Assembly (NCBI GenBank): GCA_001513495.1
Contig: LFTN01000153.1
Coordinates: forward strand, 1-48,385
Reading direction: 5' to 3'
Length of the DNA: 48,385 nt
Source: Clostridiales bacterium DTU087
GTDB taxonomy: Bacteria; Bacillota; Limnochordia; DTU087
Both the position numbers and the translations under genes were made by a program. Positions 31,777 to 41,444 of this stretch are shown piece by piece. The notes under the pieces are model-generated. The model searched no databases and was not told the DNA's origin. It saw only the letters and a program-made list of their open reading frames with translations. Positions within the stretch are counted from its first letter, which is position 1. Each line of letters opens with the position of its first letter.

Positions 31777-32613
31777 GTGGCAGGCAGCAGCATAGCAGGG
31801 GATGTCCTCAGGTGGCGGGCAAGCAGCGGTGTCGGAGTGTTGGTGCCAGGAGAGGAAATGCTGCCGCCGGGGGTTGTGTGCGGGTTTTCCACGAGGCAAG
31901 GAGGTGTGAGCACTGGTGCGTACACCTCCCTGAATCTGGGATTCCACGTTGGTGACCGGGAGGAAAATGTCCTCACCAACCGACGGCGCTTTTCGGAAGC
32001 CATGGGGATTGACCTCCAAGGCTGGGTTGCAGGCCAGCAGGTGCATGGCAGTGATGTTGCCGTTGTAGGCAGAAAGGACCGGGGCCGGGGAGCTTCGTCC
32101 CAGGATACGGCCCTCCCGGCTGTGGACGGCCTAGTTGTCAAGGAATCAGGGGTCTGGCTGACGTGTTACTATGCCGATTGCGTTCCTCTGCTGTTTTGGG
32201 ATACCCAAGGGAACACAGTGGGCATTGCCCATGCCGGATGGCGGGGTACTTTGGCAAAGGTGGGGCTTAAGGCAGCGGCAAAGATGATGGAAGTATCAGG
32301 CGCCAGCCCCGACGAAATTCACGTCCTGGTAGGCCCGGCCATCGGCAGCTGCTGCTACTCTGTGGGAGAAGAACTGGCTGGCGGATTTGACAAGGCGTTT
32401 GGCAGGAAGCTTCTGACTAGAAGGGAAGGGCGCATCTATCTGGATCTAAAAGAGGCTAACCGGGAGTATCTGATACGAGGCGGAGTACCGCCTGAGCAGA
32501 TCTATATCAGTGGGCTTTGCACTTCGTGCCTGGATAGGGTCTTTTTCTCACATAGGCGGGATAAAAGCCCTACAGGAAGAATGGCAGCAGTAATCGGACT
32601 GCGGGAGCGCTAG
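31777..32613 (+). CDS. pgeF: Peptidoglycan editing factor PgeF (YlmD/YfiH, DUF152 laccase-domain protein)
   Basis: [24 protein letters not shown] and [16 protein letters not shown] motifs. Confidence 0.85.
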   Translation: MAGSSIAGDVLRWRASSGVGVLVPGEEMLPPGVVCGFSTRQGGVSTGAYTSLNLGFHVGDREENVLTNRRRFSEAMGIDLQGWVAGQQVHGSDVAVVGRKDRGRGASSQDTALPAVDGLVVKESGVWLTCYYADCVPLLFWDTQGNTVGIAHAGWRGTLAKVGLKAAAKMMEVSGASPDEIHVLVGPAIGSCCYSVGEELAGGFDKAFGRKLLTRREGRIYLDLKEANREYLIRGGVPPEQIYISGLCTSCLDRVFFSHRRDKSPTGRMAAVIGLRER

Positions 32614-32627
32614 GGCGGCTCCCGCAT

Positions 32628-32654
32628 CTCCTTGTTCAGAGAACAAGGAGTTTT
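32628..32654 (+). terminator. Rho-independent terminator after pgeF
   Basis: CTCCTTGTTC (32628-32637) and GAACAAGGAG (32641-32650) form a perfect 10-bp stem with a 3-nt loop, followed by TTTT (32651-32654). Confidence 0.65.
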
Positions 32655-32662
32655 GCATAGAG

Positions 32663-34981
32663 ATGGGGAATCACGAAGAAATGGGAGTGAGTCGCGTGGC
32701 GAAGATAGTTGAGCAGGGTAAGGCAGCCAAACCGCCCTCTGTAGTGCCCCGCAGAGGGAGAGAGATCATGGCAGTTCTGCTTTTTGCCGTGGGTGTGTTT
32801 ACCTGGCTCAGTCTACATACCGAAAGTGTAGGCATTGTCGGCCTTTGGGTTGGAAGATATGCCCGCTGGCTCTTGGGCCTGGCGGCGGATCTGCCTGTGC
32901 TTCTGTTTCTGTTGGCTGGCTGGCGCTGTATCCGGGGCAAGGGGAAAGATCCGGCCTTTGGACGGTTCTTGACCGGCCTAGGCCTTTTGATCGCGGCCTT
33001 ATTGATTCTCATCCACCTGCAGACCACCGATAATGTGGCTGCCTCCTATATACGCTACTCCCGAGAGTGGCTCAGTAGTCCCCGGGGTACCGGTGTCATT
33101 GGACAGTACTTGACCTTGGTCTCGCTGCGGGCTTTTGGCCTCAGCGGCACATATGTCCTGATTGCGGCCTGTTTGATGATTTCTGCCATTCTTCTATTTG
33201 ATGTTCCCCTGTTTAAGTCAGTGCTGGGTGTGGGAAGCTGGGTTGGCCGCAAGGCGGCCTCAGTTTGGCGGGATGTCAAGCAGACATGGACAGCTGCTAT
33301 CACAGGAGTCTCCTCATGGAGGCGCAGAACGCCAAGAAAGGCAGCTGATGGGAAATCCCGGGAAGCGAAAAAAGCTGCTCAGCCAGCACCCAAGGGCGGC
33401 AGCCGCCGGCCCAACGGGCAGGCGCAAAGTCAAGTTATCCAGGAAGTAGCGGCATCCCGGGAGGAAGGGCCCCCATCCCAGCTGGTCAAGGCGGAGGGTG
33501 ATGCTCAGCAGGAAGACCCAGGTGTTTCTCTCTCCCAGCCTAGGCGGATAGGGCCTTTCACCATGCCGCCCCTTGACCTGGTGAGGGCTTCCCGAATCCG
33601 AAGGTCCCGCCGTCAAAGCAGCGACCAGACAGATCTGCTGGAGACAACCTTGGCAAACTTTGGCATTGACGCCCATGTGGTAGATGTCAGCCATGGGCCC
33701 ACTGTCACTCGCTATGAAGTTCAGCCTCCACCGGGTATTAAAGTCAGCCGCATAGTCGCCCTGGCCGATGATCTCGCTTTGGCTCTGGCGGCACCGGATG
33801 TGAGAATCGAGGCACCGGTGCCCGGCAAGTCAGTAGTAGGAGTGGAGGTTCCCAATCGGGAACCCAGCCCTGTTTACCTGCAGGATGTTTTGGAGAGCGC
33901 GGAGTTTCAGAGCCACCCTTCTTGCTTAGCAATGGCTTTGGGCAAAGATATCGCAGGCAATCCGGTGATTGCTGATTTGAAGAAACTGCCCCACTTGCTG
34001 GTGGCAGGCGCCACCGGCTCTGGGAAAAGCGTGTGTCTTAATGCTATGATCGCAAGTTTCCTGTACAAGTCGTCACCGGAGCAAGTGCAGCTTCTGCTGA
34101 TTGATCCCAAACGGGTGGAGCTGACAGTATATAATGGCATTCCCCATTTGATCTGCCCGGTGGTCACCGACCCCAAGAAGGCGGCTGGAGCGCTCCGCTG
34201 GGCGGTAAAGGAGATGGAGCGCCGCTACGAACTGTTCGCGGATGCCGGCGCGAGGAATATTGAATCATATAATAAGTGGATGGCCGACAATAGGGAACGC
34301 TACGGCGAAGGGGAGCTTCTGCCCTACATAGTAGTGATTATCGACGAGTTGGCTGACCTGATGATGGTGGCGGCTGCTGACGTAGAGGATTCTATTTGCC
34401 GCTTGGCCCAAATGGCCAGGGCTGCCGGCATGTGTTTGATTATCGCTACCCAGCGCCCGTCGGTAGATGTGATTACCGGTCTAATCAAGGCCAATATCCC
34501 ATCCCGGATCGCCTTTGCAGTCTCATCACAGGTGGATTCTAGAACCATTCTGGATATGGCAGGTGCTGAGCGGCTCCTGGGGAAAGGCGATATGCTCTAT
34601 TTCCCAGTTGGTGCTTCCAAGGCGATCAGAGCTCAGGGAGCTCTGGTGATGGACAAGGAGATAGAAAAACTGGTGAGTTTCTGGTCGCAGCAGGCGGACC
34701 CCGATGCTCAAGAGGATAGTATTGTCGATCTGCAGGAATCGGTGGACCGGGAAGTGAGCGTTGAGGATGAGCTGTTCGATGATGCTGTCAGGCTGGTGAT
34801 TGACTCGGGACAGGCATCTATCTCCATGCTGCAGCGCCGCTTCCGCATTGGATACTCCCGGGCCGCCCGCTTGATCGATGCCATGGAGCTGAAGGGCATT
34901 GTCGGGCCGCATCAAGGCAGCAAGCCTCGGGAAGTACTAGTAGATGATTATGAAGATGCAGCTGTAGGCGGGGATTCGTAA
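32663..34981 (+). CDS. ftsK: DNA translocase FtsK/SpoIIIE
   Basis: Four N-terminal transmembrane segments and a basic/Pro-rich linker. Motor domain with Walker [10 protein letters not shown] and Walker [14 protein letters not shown]-terminal gamma domain [25 protein letters not shown]. Confidence 0.9.
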   Translation: MGNHEEMGVSRVAKIVEQGKAAKPPSVVPRRGREIMAVLLFAVGVFTWLSLHTESVGIVGLWVGRYARWLLGLAADLPVLLFLLAGWRCIRGKGKDPAFGRFLTGLGLLIAALLILIHLQTTDNVAASYIRYSREWLSSPRGTGVIGQYLTLVSLRAFGLSGTYVLIAACLMISAILLFDVPLFKSVLGVGSWVGRKAASVWRDVKQTWTAAITGVSSWRRRTPRKAADGKSREAKKAAQPAPKGGSRRPNGQAQSQVIQEVAASREEGPPSQLVKAEGDAQQEDPGVSLSQPRRIGPFTMPPLDLVRASRIRRSRRQSSDQTDLLETTLANFGIDAHVVDVSHGPTVTRYEVQPPPGIKVSRIVALADDLALALAAPDVRIEAPVPGKSVVGVEVPNREPSPVYLQDVLESAEFQSHPSCLAMALGKDIAGNPVIADLKKLPHLLVAGATGSGKSVCLNAMIASFLYKSSPEQVQLLLIDPKRVELTVYNGIPHLICPVVTDPKKAAGALRWAVKEMERRYELFADAGARNIESYNKWMADNRERYGEGELLPYIVVIIDELADLMMVAAADVEDSICRLAQMARAAGMCLIIATQRPSVDVITGLIKANIPSRIAFAVSSQVDSRTILDMAGAERLLGKGDMLYFPVGASKAIRAQGALVMDKEIEKLVSFWSQQADPDAQEDSIVDLQESVDREVSVEDELFDDAVRLVIDSGQASISMLQRRFRIGYSRAARLIDAMELKGIVGPHQGSKPREVLVDDYEDAAVGGDS

Positions 34982-35015
34982 AGTATCTACTTTTCTACGA
35001 AAGAAGGGGTGGACG

Positions 35016-36113
35016 GTGACCGAAGTTGGGCGAACGCTGGAAGAAGCCCGATTAAACCAAGGTATTACCCTAGATAAGGTGGTAGCCGACCTGAAGATAC
35101 GCAAGCACTATCTTCTGGCTATGGAGTCAGGGCGGTGGGAAGAACTGCCAGGGTATGCCTATGCCGTGGGCTTCTTGCGCACTTACGCCGAATACTTGGG
35201 GTTATCCGGTGATGAATTAGTAGAGGAGTATAAGACGTGGCGAGAACTCCAAGGAAGTAGAACTCTATCAGAGGAACCGCCAGTGGGAGTATTTAGACGG
35301 GCCAAGGAGCTGCAGACAGATACTGGGATCTTTCAGCTCAGCGGCAAGGATAAGGGCAGGCGCCAGCGCCGCCGCAAGTCAAGCCGGGCAATTGCCGTGC
35401 TGCTAATTATCGGGGTGGCCTTGATCGCGTATCTACTGCTTAATTGGCAGCAGAGTTTTTTTGGCACGGGCAGCCTCGGGCTTCCTGCTGAAGATGTGAT
35501 TGAACAGACTGCCGATGAAGAGCTGCAGACTGAGCCCCTAGTTGAGCCAGGAGCTGACACTGGGGAAGCCATGCTGCCATCAGATGGTTCCCTGCTGGGA
35601 GATGGGGCCGTAGAAGGGACGACGCGGGAGGAAGACAGCCAGGCAGTTGAGACCGGGGAACCAGCGGCTGATGATGGTGATGGGCAAGGTTTGACCATCG
35701 GTACAGACCTTGAGTTAGACGAGATTCAGGCAGTCTCTTTAGATGGAGAACCCGATCATGGGCAGGAGCCTTCCCTGCCAGCGCAGGACAGTGGAGCTGA
35801 TTCCGAAGCAGTGGAAGTTACCTTGCCAGAAGATGAAGTCCACAGGCTGCCGCTGGTGACGGTTGAAGAGATGACGTGGCCCATTACCCTGGAAGCTGTG
35901 GCTGAAGGCCGCTGTTGGGTAGAGGTGCGGTGTGACGGTGAGGTTAAGCTCTCCCGTACTATAGAAGCGGGAGAAAGCTTCCTGTGGCAGGCCAGGGAGG
36001 AGATTCGGATCCGGTTCGGCAGGGCCGATGTTGTGCGGTTAAGGCTCAACGGCCAGGATATCGGTCCAGCCGGCAGCGGTGTTGTTACTAGGGTCTTTAC
36101 AGCTGAAACGTAA
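35016..36113 (+). CDS. rodZ: RodZ-like cytoskeleton protein (HTH, transmembrane segment, acidic linker, DUF4115)
   Basis: N-terminal HTH LEEARLNQGITLDKVVADLKIRKHYLLAME and the element GYAYAVGFLRTYAEYLGL. One transmembrane segment (AIAVLLIIGVALIAYLLL). The C-terminus CWVEVRCDGE...RIRFGRADVVRLRLNGQ is DUF4115-like. Confidence 0.75.
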   Translation: MTEVGRTLEEARLNQGITLDKVVADLKIRKHYLLAMESGRWEELPGYAYAVGFLRTYAEYLGLSGDELVEEYKTWRELQGSRTLSEEPPVGVFRRAKELQTDTGIFQLSGKDKGRRQRRRKSSRAIAVLLIIGVALIAYLLLNWQQSFFGTGSLGLPAEDVIEQTADEELQTEPLVEPGADTGEAMLPSDGSLLGDGAVEGTTREEDSQAVETGEPAADDGDGQGLTIGTDLELDEIQAVSLDGEPDHGQEPSLPAQDSGADSEAVEVTLPEDEVHRLPLVTVEEMTWPITLEAVAEGRCWVEVRCDGEVKLSRTIEAGESFLWQAREEIRIRFGRADVVRLRLNGQDIGPAGSGVVTRVFTAET

Positions 36114-36136
36114 GCAGGTTGATATCTGCTGACAAA

Positions 36137-36204
36137 CCCTTCGCCATAATGAGATACTTGCGGAATATCTCCTGGACAACGGGAATATCTATTATGGCGA
36201 AGGG
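36137..36204 (+). promoter_or_regulatory. 14-bp perfect inverted repeat spanning the rodZ-spoIIP spacer and covering the spoIIP SD
   Basis: CCCTTCGCCATAAT (36137-36150) is the exact reverse complement of ATTATGGCGAAGGG (36191-36204). The 40-nt interior contains GGAATATCT twice (36162-36170 and 36182-36190). The 3' arm contains the GAAGGGGG SD that precedes the spoIIP ATG at 36210. Confidence 0.5.
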
Positions 36205-36209
36205 GGTTG

Positions 36210-37058
36210 ATGGTTTTGGCTCGCAGAGCTTGGAGGACTCGGCAGAAGAATGGTCCTGGCCTTTTGTTTATTCTAGTGGCGTTGGTGGTGGTAGCTGCTG
36301 CCGGTGCACGATACTTCGGCCTGTATACACCGGAACAGCCCACCTTGGCTCCCCAGTGGATGGCGACTAAGATTGAGGAAGCGCCGTCGGCAGAGGAAGA
36401 GATCAGCAGAAGAACTCAGGAACCGGTTACGGTGTTGGTGCTGCATGCCCATTCCAGTGAGAATTATTCACCCAGCCCCTCCCACGACAAGAACGGCAAG
36501 GGAGAGATCTTGACGGTTGGGGCGGAGTTCTGTCAAGCCATCAGTGAGAAGGGTATTAAGGCAATTCACTTAAAGGCGAGTTTTGATGTGCCAAAATACA
36601 GTGAGGCTTTCAAGAATGCCGGAGAAGCGGTATCTAAAGCTCTAGCTGAGAATCCCAATATTAAGGCTGTAATTGACATTCACCGAGACGGCCTGCCTGT
36701 GCAGAAGGATAAAGATTATACAGCTGCTTCAGCCGCTGGCCAAAGGGTGGCGAAAATCCTCTTTGTGGTAGGGGATGTGGCAAATCCCAACAGCAGCAGC
36801 AATATGGCCTTTGCTGAAGCAGTAAAATCTCGCCTTGACTCAATGTTCGCCGGTGTCAGCAGGGGGATTAAAGTCCAGCATCGCAATGTAAACGGCAATC
36901 TTCACCCCAATACGCTGTGCGCGTATATCGGTGATTACAATGGTAACACCCTGGCGGAGGCCAGGGCATCAGCCCGCCTGCTGGCCGATGTAGTGGCCGC
37001 GGTGCTGCTGGAGCAAGCGCAGGAGGGGATGTCGGTCTTGCCGACAACAACACCTTAA
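36210..37058 (+). CDS. spoIIP: Stage II sporulation protein P (SpoIIP)
   Basis: Signal anchor GLLFILVALVVVAAAG. SpoIIP signatures VLVLHAHSSENYSP and VIDIHRDG, plus ILFVVG. The ORF is open from TTG 36207. Confidence 0.85.
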   Translation: MVLARRAWRTRQKNGPGLLFILVALVVVAAAGARYFGLYTPEQPTLAPQWMATKIEEAPSAEEEISRRTQEPVTVLVLHAHSSENYSPSPSHDKNGKGEILTVGAEFCQAISEKGIKAIHLKASFDVPKYSEAFKNAGEAVSKALAENPNIKAVIDIHRDGLPVQKDKDYTAASAAGQRVAKILFVVGDVANPNSSSNMAFAEAVKSRLDSMFAGVSRGIKVQHRNVNGNLHPNTLCAYIGDYNGNTLAEARASARLLADVVAAVLLEQAQEGMSVLPTTTP

Positions 37059-37280
37059 GGTGCAGCAACCCCCTTCGTTGGGTCGACAAATCCTTTGAAC
37101 CCACCCTTATACCTTGATGGTTTGGGGTGGGATTTCTTCATGATGGGATAAAAGACCAGCAGGAACGGGCTGAAGCAGCGGAGAAGTGCTTGGGCTGAGC
37201 TGGATAGTCTTGAACACAGCCGCTAATAGAGATACTTTTTCTGGGAATATTAATGTGGAAGAGACTGGAGGTGCCCCTGT

Positions 37281-38732
37281 TTGGCTGAGCATGTTCACAT
37301 GATCGGGATCGGCGGGACGGGAATGAGTTCCATCGCCACCGTGCTGCTGCAGATGGGGTATAAAGTAAGTGGTTCAGATGTCAAAGAATCCGCAGTAGTC
37401 AGTTCACTGCAGGACGCAGGGGCTGATGTGCATATCGGTCATGCCGCCTCCCATGTGGCAGGGGCAGATATGGTGATTTTCTCATCGGCAATTCCAGAGG
37501 ACAACCCTGAGATCCGGGAAGCAAGGCGCCTGGGCATCCCATTGCTGCACCGCTCTGAGATGCTGGCCCGGATTCTCAATAACCATGAAGGCATAGCTGT
37601 AGCTGGAGCTCACGGCAAGACCACCATCACAGGGATGATCGCTCAGGTGTTCAGCTGCCTGGGGCTGGAGCCTACGGTTCTGGCAGGAGGGGAGATGCAG
37701 AATCAATGTGTCCACGCCTGCTGGGGGCGGGGCAAGTATGTAGTGGCTGAGGCAGATGAGAGCGACGGCACCTTGCTTCGCTATTATCCGCAGATTGCCG
37801 TCATCACCAGTGTGGAGGCCGACCATTTAGAAAACTTCGGAGGCCGTCTCAGCCAGTTAATCGATACTTATGCCGGCTTTCTGGCCAACATCAAGCCCGG
37901 CGGCACCCTGGTGATCAGCAGTCAAGCCTATCGAGTGCTTCAGGACAGCATCAGGAAGGCCAATGGGAGATTTGCCGTTGTAGTCTACGGTTTGGAAGGC
38001 GAGTCAGGGGAGGCATTACCAGGGGAGTATCAGGCTGGCGCACTTTTCCCGTTGGACTACCGGGCCGCCGATATCAAACTGTCGGGTTCCAGTTCGAGCT
38101 TTGCGGTCTATCATAGCGGCAAAATGCTGGGGCGAGCCAAGCTGGTAGTGCCGGGAGTCTACAATGTAGAGAATGCCTTGGCTGCCGTCGCCGTGTCCCG
38201 GGAGGCGGGGCTGGGGTTTGACCAGATCGTAAAGGCCTTGGAAGGCTTTCACGGTGCCCACCGCCGCTTCGAACTGGTAGGCGCCGGGCCCGGCATCGTT
38301 GTCTACGATGACTATGCTCATCACCCCACCGAGCTCAAGAAAACCCTTGAGGCTGCCAGGCATTTTGGCCGGCGGGTAGTGGCCATCTTCCAACCCCAGC
38401 GCTACAGCCGTACCAAGATCTTGATGGAGGAGTTTGCCCGCTCCTTTCAGGATGCAGACCTGGTGGTGATCACAGATATTTATGCCCCTCCGCCGGAGAC
38501 GCCGCTGCCGGGGGTTACCGCCGAACGCTTGGCCGGCTTAGTTGCGGAACACATAGGCCGGGAGCGGGTGCTTTACGTGGGAGATAAGCGCCTGATTCCA
38601 GATGTACTGCTTCCCCATCTAGGTTCCAATGACCTAGTGATCACTATGGGGGCAGGGGATGTTTGGCAAGTGGGGCCGGCGGTGCTAGAGCGCCTTCAGG
38701 AGGAAAACTTGAAAGAACTGCAGCTGCCGTAG
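37281..38732 (+). CDS. murC: Second UDP-N-acetylmuramate--L-alanine ligase paralogue (MurC-like)
   Basis: HMIGIGGTGMSSIATVLL, AVAGAHGKTTITGM and DDYAHHPTELK are the same motif set as the dcw murC at 21201-22628, in a clearly diverged sequence. TTG 37281 lies 7 nt after GGAGGTG. Confidence 0.85.
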   Translation: MAEHVHMIGIGGTGMSSIATVLLQMGYKVSGSDVKESAVVSSLQDAGADVHIGHAASHVAGADMVIFSSAIPEDNPEIREARRLGIPLLHRSEMLARILNNHEGIAVAGAHGKTTITGMIAQVFSCLGLEPTVLAGGEMQNQCVHACWGRGKYVVAEADESDGTLLRYYPQIAVITSVEADHLENFGGRLSQLIDTYAGFLANIKPGGTLVISSQAYRVLQDSIRKANGRFAVVVYGLEGESGEALPGEYQAGALFPLDYRAADIKLSGSSSSFAVYHSGKMLGRAKLVVPGVYNVENALAAVAVSREAGLGFDQIVKALEGFHGAHRRFELVGAGPGIVVYDDYAHHPTELKKTLEAARHFGRRVVAIFQPQRYSRTKILMEEFARSFQDADLVVITDIYAPPPETPLPGVTAERLAGLVAEHIGRERVLYVGDKRLIPDVLLPHLGSNDLVITMGAGDVWQVGPAVLERLQEENLKELQLP

Positions 38733-38751
38733 GTAGTGGAGTCGGGTCTGG

Positions 38752-38777
38752 GAATCCTGTCGGATTCGGATTCTTTT
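38752..38777 (+). terminator. Probable terminator after murC-2
   Basis: GAATCC-TGTC-GGATTC hairpin, with a second GGATTC copy, followed by TTTT (38774-38777). Confidence 0.45.
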
Positions 38778-38937
38778 GATGTGCGGGCTGCTGGCAGTCA
38801 TAATCGGCTGAGGTCCCCTTGGTATGCGGGTAGTGCCCGGGGGGCCTATTGCTTTATCTGTAAGGCCTGAGGGAAGCCTAGATGGCAGCTGGTTAGCAGG
38901 TAAGCGGAAAATCCATGGCGAAACATAACTAAGACAA

Positions 38938-38949
38938 GAACATATGTTA
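38938..38949. promoter_or_regulatory. LexA (Cheo/SOS) box-like palindrome upstream of the DUF1998 helicase
   Basis: GAACATATGTTA matches the Gram-positive LexA core GAAC-N4-GTTC at 11 of 12 positions (flanked form AGAACATATGTTAG against CGAACATATGTTCG). It ends 28 nt before the helicase ATG. Confidence 0.5.
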
Positions 38950-38976
38950 GCCTAGGGGATGGGGTGGAGATAGATC

Positions 38977-41433
38977 ATGGAAGTTGAGGTGTTCTTGCGG
39001 GAACTGTTGAACAATAGGGACTATCGGGGACAGGCAGCTGGGGTGCGGTGCCTGCCTGCCAGGGATGCTTTTTACAGCCAGCCCCAACGGCCGCTGGCCC
39101 CAGAACTGGCTGCAGCCTTAACAGAAATGGGAATTAGACAGCTCTATTCCCACCAGGCAAAGGCAGTGGACTTGATCAGAGAGGGGCACAATGTAGTCAT
39201 CGTTACTTCAACAGCCAGCGGCAAGACATTGTGCTATAATCTGCCGGTGCTGGAAACACTGCTGGAGCACCCTGATAGCAAGGCTCTCTATCTGTTCCCA
39301 ACTAAAGCCTTGGCCCAGGACCAGCTGCAGGGGCTGAACCGGTGGCAGTCTCTGGTGCCGTCTCTGCCCCTTGCTGCCGGCACCTATGATGGAGACACCC
39401 CGAGGGATCTCCGGCGGAAGCTCAGGGATCAGGGAAATGTGATCTTGACCAATCCCGACATGCTCCATGCGGCTATTCTACCCCATCACCCCAATTGGGG
39501 GAAGTTTTTTGCCGACCTGCGGTTTGTTGTGCTCGATGAAATACATACTTACCGGGGCATCTTCGGCAGCAATGTGGCCAATGTCCTGCGGCGTCTGCAG
39601 AGAATCTGCCGGCACTACCAGGCAAATCCCCAGTTTATCTGCTGTTCTGCTACCATTGCCAATCCAGTGGAGCTGGCAAAGACCCTTACCGGCCAGGAGA
39701 TGGCCCTGGTGGACAACGATGGTTCTCCCAAGGGCAAAAAGCACTTTGTACTGTGGAACCCGCCCCTCTTGTCTGATGGGCTGCAGCGGCGGAGCGCGAA
39801 TGCCGAGGCTAAGGACCTGATGGTGCGCCTGCTGCGGCAGCGGATCCAGACCATTACCTTTACTAGGGCACGGGTGGTTGCGGAACTGATTTACCGCTAC
39901 GTGCGGGAAGAGCTGAGCCGGTTCGGCAGCAGCTTAGCCAATTCTATCAGGGCCTATCGGGGCGGGTATTTGCCGGAGGAACGGCGGGCCATTGAAAGGC
40001 AGCTTTTTTCCGGAGAGCTCCTAGGTGTGAGCTGCACCAATGCGTTGGAGTTGGGGATCGATATCGGCAGCCTTGATGCCTGTTTGATAGTGGGCTTTCC
40101 TGGCACCATCGCCAGCGTGTGGCAGCAGGCTGGAAGGGCCGGCCGGCACAATGATGATTCCTTGGTGGTGCTTATCGCCCATAACAACCCTATTGATCAA
40201 TACTTGATGCAGCATCCCCAGTACTTCTTTGAGCAGACGCCGGAAAGTGCTGTGGTTGACCCCGATAACCCCTACATAGTGCTGGGGCACCTGCGGGCGG
40301 CAGCCTTTGAGCTGCCGGTGCGGGTCGATGAGGAAACCAATTTCGGCCCCTTGGCGCCGGCACTGCTGGATATCTTGGGAGAAGACCGCCAGGTGGTCTA
40401 CCGGGGCGACCGGTGGTTTTGGACCGGCAGGGGCTATCCAGCCGATGATGTAAATTTGCGGAATATCACCGAGAACATGTATACCATTGTGGACACAACT
40501 GAACAGCCCCGGGTGATCGGCAGCACTGATGAGCTCAGCGCGTTCATGCAGCTGCATAACGAAGCTGTCTACATCCACGAAGGAGATACTTACTTTGTCT
40601 CAGAGCTAAACTTAACAGAGAGGGTAGCATATGTCCACCGGGCGGAGCTGGACTACTATACCCAGTCTATTAGCGATCGGCAGGTTCAGGTGCAGAACGT
40701 GGAGGCGGAAAAGGACCAAGCCGACGGCAAGGTGCGGTTCGGTGAAGTCACTGTTACCTATATTACCTACATGTTCAAGAAGATCAAGTTTTACAGCCAG
40801 GACAGCATTGGGTTCGGCAAAGTCTCAGTTCCGCCCAGCACCCTGGAGACATGTGCTTTTTGGCTTTCGCCCAGTCTGGAGACCCTAGCCCGGGCCCGGC
40901 AGTTCGGCCGCAATCCCCAAGACGGACTCTTGGGCATTGCCAATGTCCTGACAGCTGTGCTGCCGCTGTACGCCATGTGCGATTCTATGGACATTGGCTC
41001 AGTAGTGGATTCCAGCAACACCGGCGTGCCCACTGTCTTTGTTTTTGACCGCTTTCCTGGAGGCATCGGCTATGCGAACAAGGGATATGAGCTGATCGGG
41101 GATATCCTTGAAGCGTGCCTGCAGTTGATCGAGGAATGCCGCTGCAGCTATGGATGCCCGTCTTGTGTTGGTTCGCCCCTGCCTCCTTATGCAGCCAACG
41201 ATCCCGACAGTGATGTCAAGGGCAGCATTCCCGACAAAGAAGCCGCCATCCTGATTCTCCATGACCTCCTAGGCAGGGAGCCTTACGTGCCCAAGCTTGG
41301 GCCGCCTTTGGCGGCGGCAGTGATGGAGGCGGCTGCCCAGGCTGAGGTTGAACGTCCGCCCAGCGCTCCACTGCCCGAGCGGGTGGAGCTGCGGATTAGG
41401 CAGCAGATTCAGCGGCTGAACTCCAAGAGATAA
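38977..41433 (+). CDS. DEAD/DEAH-box helicase with C-terminal DUF1998 four-cysteine domain (YprA/MrfA-like)
   Basis: Walker A VTSTASGKTLCYNLPVL, DExH box VVLDEIHTYRG and motif VI QQAGRAGR. The C-terminus has FDRFPGGIGYA and the cysteine cluster CRCSYGCPSCV typical of DUF1998. ATG follows GGTGGAG. Confidence 0.85.
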   Translation: MEVEVFLRELLNNRDYRGQAAGVRCLPARDAFYSQPQRPLAPELAAALTEMGIRQLYSHQAKAVDLIREGHNVVIVTSTASGKTLCYNLPVLETLLEHPDSKALYLFPTKALAQDQLQGLNRWQSLVPSLPLAAGTYDGDTPRDLRRKLRDQGNVILTNPDMLHAAILPHHPNWGKFFADLRFVVLDEIHTYRGIFGSNVANVLRRLQRICRHYQANPQFICCSATIANPVELAKTLTGQEMALVDNDGSPKGKKHFVLWNPPLLSDGLQRRSANAEAKDLMVRLLRQRIQTITFTRARVVAELIYRYVREELSRFGSSLANSIRAYRGGYLPEERRAIERQLFSGELLGVSCTNALELGIDIGSLDACLIVGFPGTIASVWQQAGRAGRHNDDSLVVLIAHNNPIDQYLMQHPQYFFEQTPESAVVDPDNPYIVLGHLRAAAFELPVRVDEETNFGPLAPALLDILGEDRQVVYRGDRWFWTGRGYPADDVNLRNITENMYTIVDTTEQPRVIGSTDELSAFMQLHNEAVYIHEGDTYFVSELNLTERVAYVHRAELDYYTQSISDRQVQVQNVEAEKDQADGKVRFGEVTVTYITYMFKKIKFYSQDSIGFGKVSVPPSTLETCAFWLSPSLETLARARQFGRNPQDGLLGIANVLTAVLPLYAMCDSMDIGSVVDSSNTGVPTVFVFDRFPGGIGYANKGYELIGDILEACLQLIEECRCSYGCPSCVGSPLPPYAANDPDSDVKGSIPDKEAAILILHDLLGREPYVPKLGPPLAAAVMEAAAQAEVERPPSAPLPERVELRIRQQIQRLNSKR

Positions 41434-41444
41434 CACCAAGACCC

